Source: Hyphochytrium catenoides (lineage: Eukaryota > Protista > Hyphochytriomycota). From it: DNA of 39,198 nt. The notes below the pieces were generated by a model. The model saw nothing but the letters and a program-made list of their open reading frames with translations. It did no database searches and was not told where the DNA came from. Shown one piece after another: positions 10,992-21,666 of this stretch; within the stretch, counting starts at the first letter, position 1; each line of letters begins with the position of its first letter. The stretch lies in assembly GCA_900088475.1 (NCBI GenBank), contig FLMG01002478.1, forward strand, positions 1 through 39,198. Direction: 5' to 3'. A program made the translations under genes and the position numbers.

Positions 10992-12620
10992 ATGGTGCAG
11001 CAGCTGCTCGATAGTAGTGAAGAAAGGCGTCTTCTTGCAGACACCTGGCCCGCTCTAAGTCATAGCGAGCTCTCCTCCGCTGGAAAGCTTATGGGCGCTG
11101 AAGAGGATGACAGGATAGGGTCCCCGAGCAGCTTGTTGGGACAGTCCGACTTGACGGACAGCACCTTACTCGAGGTGGCCAATGGCCCATTGCTGGCGCA
11201 CGCGGTCACGCTTTCTTCTGGGACAAATGCCATTCCTGCAATGTCATTTGTGAGCACTGGGGATGTGCTCCAAGGGCAAAGCATTAGTGCGTCCCGACAG
11301 GACAAAGGTGACGATCCAGCCCCGGTAGCCACAGCTGCTGCCAGTGGCAGCAGGAGCATGTATAAGTCAAAGACTGCTAAGAAATGCAGTGGGGACTTCA
11401 CAGCGGATGTTGAAAACCTCCTTCAGACCTCCGGTCAACATCCTGATCAGCAAGGGACTGCTGCCGCTCAAAGTGTTGCCCACCCAGTACAGGCCACGGA
11501 CGGACGCTCCTTCCAAGTTAAACTCAATCGGAACTCTGACATATCCTTCAAAAAGCCGGTCATCAGGTTGACATATCTCATTGTCGGAGAAGCTGGCTTG
11601 GGCAAGACCACCTTCCAGAAGAATCTGTTTGGCTTGTACACAGGCGAGGTAGAGCTTCATGATGGACAGAGCACCACTATCAGTGACTTTGAGAAGACCC
11701 CGGAAAAGCTCTGCAAGCAGATAACAGTCGAGTCCAGCGATGCCGTCGTACACTACCGCCTTCAAGACACACCAGGCTTCGGAGACATGAATGACATTGG
11801 CTATAACATCCAAATGATCCAGGACCATGTCCGACGACTAGATCTTGAGTACCTGAAGGCCGCAGATGACCCGTCAAGGACCAGACCATTGTCTCCTGAT
11901 GACGACTTTCGCGTTGATCTCTGCCTATTCTTCATCCCTGCGCATCGGATCAAGCAAATGGACTTGAACTTTATGAAGGGCATTAGCGACTTCGGTGTGC
12001 CTGTTCTGCCTATCATTGCCAAGGCTGACACCATGACTGTAGAGGAGACGTTCAGGTTCAAGGCGGAGGTTCGCAAGAAAGCAAGAGAAGAGGAGTTAAA
12101 GTTCTTCTTGTTCTCCGAGGAGGAGAAGCAGGCCGCCCTACGACTTGTTGACGAGTCCTCTGAAGGCGCCTCAGTAGTACCTGACTATCCTTACGCAGTG
12201 ATCTGCAGCAATGATTTAGTGGCAGGGGAAAGGCAAGAGTACCATCCTATCAGAGAGTATAAGTGGGGCAAGTGCTATCCCTTCGACCCCAATCACTCTG
12301 ACTTCAGCTACCTCCGCTCCCTTATCATGCACAAGGGAGTGCATGAGATCAAGGAGATGACGGAGAGACGCTATCACGAGGTCAGAAAGGCGCACTATAG
12401 TTGGGGCGACCAGCTTAACAGAAAGCTGGCATCGTTGACTTCGTGGGCACCCGGGCGTCTTCTTCTCGGTGTCACTCTTCTCATCGCGCTGATCGCATTA
12501 GCTCTTGGCTCCTATCCGTCCGAAGGCATGGACTCTGTCTGGTGCTCCTCTCACAGGAAGGCACTGGAAATGGCTCAAACAAAGATTGAGGAACTCCAAC
12601 AGGCGAGAGGGACGATATAG
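10992..12620 (+). CDS. Septin GTPase with C-terminal hydrophobic (putative transmembrane) segment; intronless
   Basis: G1 IVGEAGLGKTT, G3 LQDTPGFGD, VDLCLFFIPAHR, G4 PIIAKADTMT, PYAVI, and septin-unique element REYKWGKCYPFDPNHSDFSYLRSL. These are followed by LLLGVTLLIALIALALG and a short coiled coil. Confidence 0.92.
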   Translation: MVQQLLDSSEERRLLADTWPALSHSELSSAGKLMGAEEDDRIGSPSSLLGQSDLTDSTLLEVANGPLLAHAVTLSSGTNAIPAMSFVSTGDVLQGQSISASRQDKGDDPAPVATAAASGSRSMYKSKTAKKCSGDFTADVENLLQTSGQHPDQQGTAAAQSVAHPVQATDGRSFQVKLNRNSDISFKKPVIRLTYLIVGEAGLGKTTFQKNLFGLYTGEVELHDGQSTTISDFEKTPEKLCKQITVESSDAVVHYRLQDTPGFGDMNDIGYNIQMIQDHVRRLDLEYLKAADDPSRTRPLSPDDDFRVDLCLFFIPAHRIKQMDLNFMKGISDFGVPVLPIIAKADTMTVEETFRFKAEVRKKAREEELKFFLFSEEEKQAALRLVDESSEGASVVPDYPYAVICSNDLVAGERQEYHPIREYKWGKCYPFDPNHSDFSYLRSLIMHKGVHEIKEMTERRYHEVRKAHYSWGDQLNRKLASLTSWAPGRLLLGVTLLIALIALALGSYPSEGMDSVWCSSHRKALEMAQTKIEELQQARGTI

Positions 12621-13304
12621 CCATGCGCTTGCAGCGTCAAGGGATGCCCGGTAGAGCACCAGGGGAGTGATCCGGTTTGGAACTGGCCTGAGAGCTATTG
12701 TCACTAGCAAAGAAGAGAGTGTTGATAATATTAAATAAGCATCTGTTCATAGTAAGCCTTGCATTATTGCCTATACGCAGCCTTCTTCGAGGCACCACGA
12801 GTCTCCAAAGGAGAACAGAACGTGGCTGGAGATAGAGATGAGGAGAGAGAGGGTACCATTGTCTAGCACTATGCCGTAACAGCGCACAAGAGTGATGAGG
12901 AGAGATCTGGGTTCAGATAGGTACTTAGGCGAGACACAGAGAAAGTAGTGGCCATCAACCAAACGTCTACCAGCCAACAAGGTGTCACTGTCCGAATCAA
13001 CCCCAAAAGCCACGTCACAGAGAGCTTTGGACAAGTAGGAGGTGAAGTTCTAACTAAAGCGAATGCTGCATGAGGTTAGCATCAGCATAAAGTAAAGAAA
13101 TGCTACTTTGATAGGCAACCTTAACCCATAAGCGAGGGACGGAGCACTCTTCTCTTCCTTCTCGTTCTCTCGTTTCCTCTAGCTCCTCATGTTCTAATGC
13201 TCTTCTAAGCCTGTGCCCGCCATTGCTTCATGAGAAAGAGTGACAGGAAGAAACGCCTGGCTTCTCCTCTATTTTTGATGTCTTCAAGTGCTTGGCACCT
13301 CCCT

Positions 13305-16300
13305 CTAGCTGCCTCCATTTTTAACACTGTCAGATCGCCAAGATCCCGAGCGACCGCTGCCTAGGTCCGTAATATAGAAATTGCTGAGAAACTCCTTGTA
13401 AGAGATCAGTCCGGTCTTCTTCTCGTCCATGTGCTCAATGAGAACAGAGATCTGGTCTGACGTTAGTGGGTGGCCGAGATCGTCATTCATCGCTGTTAAA
13501 GCCTCCTGGAACTGCGGGACACTGACGGTACCGGTGCCTTGCTGGTCGAGATGCTGCAAAAGGCCCTTGATGTGCCGCCGATGGTGATAGAGAACTTTGA
13601 AGATGTCCTGCACAATAGAACTAGACCAGTCCCTCTCTCCCTCAACGGACACATGGAAAGACCCAACGAACTCCCCAACGTCCACGGCTCCATTATCGTC
13701 CTTGTCCAGCACATGGAAGATATTGTTCACCTCTTCGGCTGTCATCTCGGTCCCAAGCTTCTGGAAGGCCACGCCACACTCTTCTACGGTCAATTTGCCG
13801 TCATTGTTCACATCGAAGAAGTGGAACGCCTTGTCCAAGTCTGCACCAAACTTTGAGTAGATTCGCCTTCCGATCTCCGTCAGTTGTCTATAGGCCGCTT
13901 CTGCAGTGTTCCTGTCCTCGAAATGAGGCTGTAGGAGAGAGGGGCGGACCTCTCTTACGTCTAGTCCGCCATCCTCCCCCTCGGTCGTCTTCCTAAAGAC
14001 AACACGAAACTTGGCTGAGAACTCCTCATAGTCAATTCGGCCGTCTCCGTTGGTGTCCAAGTAGAGCATTAGCTCGTGCAGTTGGCCGTCTGTGAGCTCA
14101 ATCTTGAGTTCTTTGAGAATCTGAGTGAACTCTAGCAAGTCAATTTCTCCATTGCCATCAGTGTCCAGCTGTGAAAAGGCCTTCTGCATGCTTCCTGAGT
14201 CAATCTCTCTGAAGATTCTTCGACTAACGGTGTTGATGATGCTTCCAGCCCATTCACTGCTAAGATTGCTGCTGCTAACCTTGTACCGCTCCAGAAACGA
14301 CCGATAATCGACATATTTCCGTCCGTCAGTTATCTTCACCTCCGTGATGGCGTTGAGGAACCAAAGGATTGGAATGTCCAACTGGAGAACTGTCCGCAAG
14401 ACGTTCGCAAAGTCCAAAGATCGGATGAACCCTGAACGGTCAACGTCCTTAGAGGTGAATGCATGGTAGAGATCCACCTTCTTGGGCATAACAAGCTCCA
14501 CCAGCATATCTACGATGTCATTCTCAATCTTCTTGCTCTCCCTCTTGAGGCTTAGCTTGCAGATTTCTGAAGCAACATAGTTCTGAGGTGTTAATCCTAG
14601 CTTATGGTCGAAGGTCAAGATACCGCCCTTGTTTGTCTGCGTCCCGCAGTACTTCGAGGCGGAGAAAAGAGTGACAACCTTGGCATCGTGCATTGTCTCA
14701 TAGCCTTCCTTTACGCACTCATGAGATCGAATGACCAACTCCAGCTGATTGAGCTCTAAGAACTTGAGCGTGATGTCTGGGCCCCAGAAGACGCCTGCCC
14801 CACGAGTTGATGGAAAAGTCCCTGTCATGCTCTGCTTGGGATCACTCCATAGTAATTCTGTCATGATGATGTCTTCCCTCTTCTTCGAGTACACTGGCGG
14901 CTCTCTCACTCGGTCAACTGCCGCAATATCTGCCAGCGTGACCGTGGTGTCTTCACAAAGCCCTCCGTGCACCACAAAGACCCTTTCATTCACAACTGCA
15001 CAGAGGGGAAGACGATCAAAGGTCGCTTGAAAGCGCTCGAAGATCGCTCTTCCTGCATTCTGATCCCTCGTGAAAGACACATCATACATCTGGAGCACCT
15101 GTTCCTCAAAGCCCATCAAAGAGTTCTGCATCCTGCTCTCATGGTTCCCTCTGTTTAGAAAGACATACTCCGGGTAGAGAAGCTTGAAAGCATAGAGCGT
15201 AAGGATTACCTCTACTCCCTGCTGTCCTCGATCAACAAAGTCTCCGTTAAAGAGATACCAGTTCGTAGGAGAAGGGAAGCCCTGCAGCTCAAAGATCTTT
15301 AGAAGATCAGCGTATTGGCCATGCAAGTCTCCCACCAGAGTGAGAGTGCAGCCTTCCTTGATTGTGATCGGCACGAGAGTGGGCTCTTTGCCGAAGGTCT
15401 TCAGTGTGAGAGAAAGAATCTGCTTGACATACAGGCTGTGGAGAGGCATCTGCGTCTGAAATGCCGCTATCATTTGCTTTATAACCTACGCAGGTAAGAT
15501 TTGAGAGGTTTAGGGCTCAGAGAAATATCACGCGGATTGAGAGCGGTCAAAGCGTCCACTTTGAAGCTACCAAAAGAGCGAGAGAAAGAGAGCGAGAGAA
15601 GAATAGAGAGCGAGAAAGATGAAGAGAGAGAGAGAGAGAGAAAGGAAGGCGACCACATAGAAAGAAGCGATGAACTAAGCAAGATAAACCGAAGGGGAAG
15701 AATAGAGAGGATTGGAGGGCAAAGAATAAGAATCGACAGGTTAAGGTAGTAAGTGCAAATGAGAGAACAGCGTGAAACCAGTCTCACCTCCAAAGTTATC
15801 GGCCACATTATATGTGCTCCTCTATATGATGACTCGACAGACTCGCTCGAGGCAGAAGGAAGAGAGACAAGCTCCTTCTCCTTCGGCTGGTTAAGGTTCA
15901 TCACCTCCTTCTGCCTCTCCAGCAACTTCCTACTCTTCGAGAGCTTGGCATCTACCAAGAGATGCACGTGCTCAAACGTATTATCTAAAGAGTTCCAGAC
16001 AGACCAGAGCATCTTCTCCGCAGTCTTAAAGTATCCTATCCGAGCCCTTAGAAAGTTATTGATGCGGTACGCTGCGTACGTTCTCCTTGTATAAGGGAAG
16101 AGAGAGACACCACGAAAGAGTCTCTCTTCTTCTCTCTTCTTCCCTTTCGCGACTTGTTTGTAAGCTATCCTAACTGTGCACATTGACTCCTTCTCCCTTG
16201 GTGCCTTCACTACTACTCCTGCATATCTTCCGTGAGCTATCACCTTCTCTCCTTGTAAGTAGGCTCGAGTCGCAGGAGGCTTGTCAAGATAGAGGTAACA

Positions 16301-16834
16301 GCTCGGACAGACTCTCTCTAAGCTGCGATAGCCCAAGCTATCTAACCGGATAGGAGGTGAGGTACATTCAGAGCAAAGAGTTGAGCCACAGAGCTTGCAG
16401 TGAGGCCGCCGAAGGTTGAACCACTTCAGCTTGGTCTGGCAGTTGTCACACTGACTTTTACCATCTGGAAGCGGTCTGGCAGCCTCTCTGATGCGCTGCA
16501 CCCAGGACTTCATCGCCATCTCATTCGATACCTGCAAGATCCACGTCTCTAAGATGCCCGAGCGATTGATGCCCAGAACGTGAATGTTATACTGCGTGAT
16601 GGGTCCTTTCGATGTCGTCTTGACGGAGGAGACAGGAGCAAACCCTGCGTGAAGAAAGAGCTTCTCCTCTCCTTCTTTCTTCCCATTCTTGTCTTTTGCA
16701 TCCTTAAGACTCTTCGTGATCTCACCTTCAGTCACAGTGACCATGTGCTCTATCGCATAGTCCTTCAGCACTCCCAATACGCCTTTCTTCAGGACGGCCC
16801 GCTTGTTGGATATAGGCAGCGGAAAGTCAGCCAT
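13305..16834 (-). CDS. PPEF/RdgC-type Ser/Thr phosphatase with N-terminal PH-like and FYVE domains, IQ-like motif and about 8 EF-hands (about 1075 aa from ATG 16834)
   Basis: Exons 16834-15788 and 15485-13305 with an in-phase GT-AG intron. PPP motifs: GDLHGQ, GDFVDRG, RGNHE, HGGL, LLWSDP, RSHE, FSASKY. EF loops include DTDGNGEIDLLE, DTNGDGRIDYEE, DVNNDGKLTVEE, DKDDNGAVDVGE. FYVE: CDNC...RRPHCKLCGSTLCSEC...RVCPSCY. PH-like end: MKSWVQRIREA. The frame stays open upstream to ~17185, so the start is uncertain. Confidence 0.9.
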
Positions 16835-17329
16835 CACTCCTGTCAGCTCTCTTCCCTCTCGTCCTATAACCTCTCTGCGCTGACTTCTCTCTTTCTTTCT
16901 CTCTCTCTCCCTGGCCCCTTTCTCTCCTTCTCCGTAGGACTCAGGGAGAAGAAGGGTAGCACTACGAATAGCCCTCGTCCCCCAGACCTCCAGGGGATTG
17001 GGAGGCGCCGCTACAGCGTCGCCGTTGGCCTCAGGATACCAAGCAACTTCTGCTCCGAGCCATTTGCTCCTGCCGGTGGAGAGAGAAAAAAAGGAAAGTC
17101 TGGGGAGAGCTTCTGGTCCTGTCAACACAGCGGATGTCCAAGGTTGCAAGTGAGACAGGGAGCCAGAGTCATCAATCACATCAAGCTTGAGAAAAGTGCA
17201 GATACAGAGACGAGCGCGAGCGCGAGCACGAGGGAGAGAGAGGAGGGGAAGAGAGTGAGGGACAGGAGCGCAGAGAGAGAGAGGATTCCGAGAAGAGGGA
17301 GGGGACAGAGAGAGAAAGAAGAGACCAGA

Positions 17330-17559
17330 AAGGAAAGAAAGAGAGAAAGAGAGAGAGTTGAGGAGGAGAGTTACAGAGGAAAAGCAAGAGAGAAAGAGAA
17401 AGAGAGAGAAAGCGAAAGAGTAAGAGAGAGAGAGAATGTGAGAGAGAGAGTGAGAGAGCGAGAGAGAGAGTGAGAGAGAGAGAGGGAGAGAGAGGGAGAG
17501 AAAGAGTGAGAGAGAGAGAGAGAGTACGAGAGAGAGAGAATGAGAGAGAGTGCGTGAGA

Positions 17560-17595
<36 letters not shown>

Positions 17596-17620
17596 CGAGA
17601 GAGAGAGTAGCGAGAGAGAC
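17330..17620. repeat. Imperfect (AG)n tract, probably in a 5' intron of the minus-strand phosphatase gene
   Basis: GA-rich run. On the minus strand it is bounded by a donor-like CAG|GTACTG (~17630) and an acceptor-like TTTTCTCAAG (~17186). Confidence 0.8.
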
Positions 17621-18623
17621 AGAGCAGTACCTGCACTAGCAACGTCGGTCGCTCATAACTCGCACCTTTCTCGGCTAAGGATCAGGTATATGTACTCAGG
17701 CCACAATGAAAGGAAGCTATTGGGGCGGTTAAGGATTGACTAATAAGGCTGACCCTACTCCAAAACACAAGGGGAGGAGGAAGGAGGAGCCCGGCCAACT
17801 GGAAATGTGACCAGTAGAATCTGAGATGAAAAAACCTAAACCGAGCCAATTTATGATTACCACTATCTCTGATTACTTTACTGATTCTATGACCTTTCGA
17901 CTCACCTTCTCAGCAGCTTGTTGGGCAGTGCATTTCAAGCTTTCAAAGGCGTTGTCAGAGAAGCACCGCCGGTTTGCGGCAGGTGGACTTACAAGCCTGT
18001 CTTGTTACCTTCTGGCTGCTCTTCTTCTCCAGTTTGTCATGTTCCAAGTGTTTGATCGGTACTGCTCGTCCATCGAAGTGCCCTTGAGGAGGCAGCAGAA
18101 CGGATGATGGTGGGAGAAGTCAGTAGATAGGCGTTGTACAAGCTCTCACTCGTCACATCTAGGAAACACCAGATAGACCTCTACTCCTAAAGTGAGAAGG
18201 ACGGGACTCGTTACGTTCTTGTATGTGCTGAGGGACAAGCTTCTTTGAAGGAAGAGGCGATTCTCCTCATGTACCCTTTGACTATCCACTCTCCGTCAGT
18301 ACTCCTCCTCAGTCCGGAGCTCACCTTGAAGCTACGCATGGATGGATAGTGCAACACTGAATGATGGACTTTCAAACTGAGGCCCATATACGACCATACT
18401 GCTCCGACGACTGAGACACGGCCACCAGCTGATATCAGCAGAGTCATAGATATTATCAAACATGGTGGTTCTCTGTTTGATTGAATACTGACTAACTTAT
18501 TCGTTCCTAGTAGGGCAGAAGATGATAGGCGTAGAGAATGTAGTAGTTTGCGGGGAGTTGGTGAGTCTTCTGTCTGGCGTGCTGCGTCCTCCTCCTACTC
18601 TATGCAGCTATGGAAGAGCATCC

Positions 18624-19674
18624 TCAGGTGATATATTGGCGCTTTCCACCAACCATAATATATCTGCCACCTCTCGCACCAATCCGCACGACATAGTCTC
18701 GCCCTTGGTAACGGTGCGTCTCTTTTGGTGGGCTCCGGCTGGTCGACGAAGAGCTTGTTGTCGATGAGGCAGATGAAGTGATGGAGATGCTCCTGATGTG
18801 GGTCGTAGAAGAGCTACTTGGTTGAGCAGTAGCCTTTGGGGGCCGTTCCACCGAAGAAGGCGGCATAATCACAAGCTGCTGAGGCTTAGGGGGAGGAGGA
18901 GGGGACGGGGGACTTCTCTCTGCTGCTGGCGTCGTCATCACCACTATTTGCTGGTGATGATGAAATTGTTGAAGCTCCGGGTAGCCGGAGGACGGACCTG
19001 GGAAAGAGGGAAGAGTGGGTGCCATGATCGTCGGAGCACTCATGACCCCACCGGCAACTAGGCCATTTGATTGGACCCTATTGGCCATTCGTTGCTCTAC
19101 AGCGTCTCCTAATGAGATATAGCGATTAAAGTCCTCAGCTGCGAAGTAGCGGGCCTGCATGTTGTTTACGGCTGGCGAGAGAAGTCTCTCGTACAAGTGA
19201 GTCAGAAGCTCCACTCCTATTGCGCTGAAACTATCTTCAATAAGCTGCATCTGTTGCAGGTCAGTCAGTGAGGCCCATGCTTGTCCTCGTTGCCGCTGCG
19301 CTCTCTCAATGCAGCGCATGGTGACCGTCACTAACGAGACATCTTCTTCTCGAATCCCTAAAGATCGAAGCCGTTGCCAAGCTATCTCACCTCCAATCCT
19401 AGTGTTGATACCTTTGCCAGTCTGTTGCGTGATGGTGCAGCGAAGCTGTTGGGACTCTCCGGTAGTCCCAGGTCCCGCCTGAGGAATAAACGTAAGCGAA
19501 TGTGCTTGTTGTTGAAGAGGGAAGTCAAGCACAGAAAGCCCATGTATTGAATGATGAAGTGCGGCCAATGACTGGCAATAATCCTTCCCACACACTGATA
19601 CTGACCGCTATGAGGCTTGGACAGCTGCTCTTTCCACATATTGTGCAAGTACCCGCCATGCAAGCTAACATCAT
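18624..19674 (-). CDS. Hypothetical protein: Cys-rich N-terminus, helical middle, P/S-rich linker, C-terminal PBCV basic-adaptor-like motif
   Basis: 323-codon ORF at 18624-19595. A probable upstream exon 19674-19606 (MMLACMAGTCTICGKSSCPSLIA) splices in phase to 19478. The C-terminus reads HRYQGRDYVVRIGARGGRYIMVGGKRQYIT. Confidence 0.55.
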
Positions 19675-21666
19675 TGGTTCCCCGTGAATAGCTTTAGGTA
19701 AGGATTGCTGACAAAGTCAACACGACGCGCACTGCTTCCCCGCCAGTACTTCCGTTGCGGACGCCTCCAGATTCACTGCTGCAACCAGGATAGTGTTGAC
19801 GTCGCTCCTGGTCTCTATCCTCGCCCAGAAACAACGATAATGAATAAATTTATTTGACAGTCTTCGAAGACAGGTTAATGGATCTTATCAAGATGCAGTT
19901 ATAGCAAAGGTGTTGCCGCTGGAAGCTCCTCAGTTCTTGTCCCATTTAAAGCTCCAGCAACAAGGGCGGCACATCATCATCAAAGGTAATGAAAAGGAGA
20001 TCTGCAGGGGCTAATGGCCGATGGTGGGGCAGGAACCTCGGCAGCCATATTATAATGACCACGACGACGCGAAGGAAGCCTCATGTTTATAGTAGTAGGT
20101 CTCCAAGCTAACTGACTCTCCAAAAAGAAATCATTCCTTCTGCCCCCACAGGTCACTTCCTTGCTGCAAAATTAGACCAGGTAAGCGCACCCCACAGAAG
20201 GACCGTACACTTATGTTGCGCAATCCTTGGATGAGTGATGGGACGGCAAATCCACGAGGAAAGAGGAAATCAAGCAGCAGATCTCGGTGCGATCAATCCT
20301 GTCCAAAGGTGAGCCGAACAACAGAACTGGTGAGAGATGATAGTGGGTCCATGCATTTCTTCATCCTCCAACAATCATCGCTAGGGCTACACAGCAGCCA
20401 TTAACGGAGGAGGCCTAGTTCCTCTTCGTTTCATCAATAATAATGGATGATAAGCCCTCCTCCTCCTTTACCTCTTCTACTACTGGGAAGTCTTGAGCAT
20501 CGTCACCATCACTATCATCCATAGAAGCAACACCCTGTTAGAGAGACTCTAAGATACCTTTCAGCGCAAGAGGACGCCCAGGATGATGATGATGACTGCT
20601 TACTACGGACAGAGCGACGAGGAGGAGGAGACCACCAGCACAGAAGCAAGAAGTGCCCTTCCCTTCCCTTCCCTATCAATCGCCACAATGAGAACCCTCC
20701 AAACATCATCCAGAACCTCCCACCATCAACCATTCATAATAAGTACGGAATCATTCCGAAAAGACTCCAATCCCGGTAATGTAGATCAAGGATAGGTCAG
20801 GGATAAGACAGATCTGGGTGAAGAGAATGTAACGCCTCTGTCGTCGTGTATAGCTAACGGACAGTGGGATCTTAGACTTAGAAAGGGGCGGATGATGAGT
20901 GAGAGACAGGCAGCAGGACCTTCGTGCTGCTTGCAGAGAGTGATCCACCGTCGTCGAGTCATTCCACCCGTCGCCGCTTCTCTTCCTTCTTCTGTTGCCG
21001 ATGGTCTTCAGTCTTCTTCGGACTGCAAGGATAAAGGAGTGATGCCTGATGATGAGAGGGCGGCAGGAACTCATCATTATCTTTTTTATTGATGGCTGTA
21101 TGAGTCCTGAGGCCTCCAGCCAGTGAGCTACATTGACACCGGCCCCTTGGGGAGCCCTGCCGCTTTGTCTCCCACTGCCCGTGCTCTGAAGGGAGGCACT
21201 GGTGCTGGCGTTGGGTCATCATCATGCGCTAAGCTAGGCAGCAACTATTTATAAGACCTTGATTGTTGTCTAACAACAATGAGGAAGGGATACCGGACAA
21301 AGAAGCAAGCTGCAAGAGTGCGTGCTAAATGGAAAAAGGAGGAGGAAGAGTCGGGACAGGCAGGATAGGAAAAGTGGAGGAAGAACGTCGCATAATAGGA
21401 AAGGAAGGCTTGGTTGAAAGGAGAACTTTATGATGACATGTTGCTCATTGATGATGACCATCTTTCTCCTGATCTCCTCCATAGTTGATCAAACCTTGCC
21501 CCCCAGTGATTCTTCTAGAGCTACCTAGCTAAACTACTAAGTCGCTAAACTTACTAGCTATCACTACGAACTACTTCTTCCTATGTCCAGTTCTACGTTG
21601 AACGTGCACCACACGCAAAGAAGATAGAAGTAGAAGGGCGAGAGTGAGAAAGACTTTAGAAGAAAC

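Noticed and set aside
20100-21480. Short ORFs and exon-like pieces in the island
   Set aside because: They could not be assembled into a consistent frame and show no recognisable motif.
21490-21660. Possible LTR/PBS upstream of copia gag
   Set aside because: No TG...CA-bounded repeat with a second copy and no recognisable tRNA primer-binding site were found.
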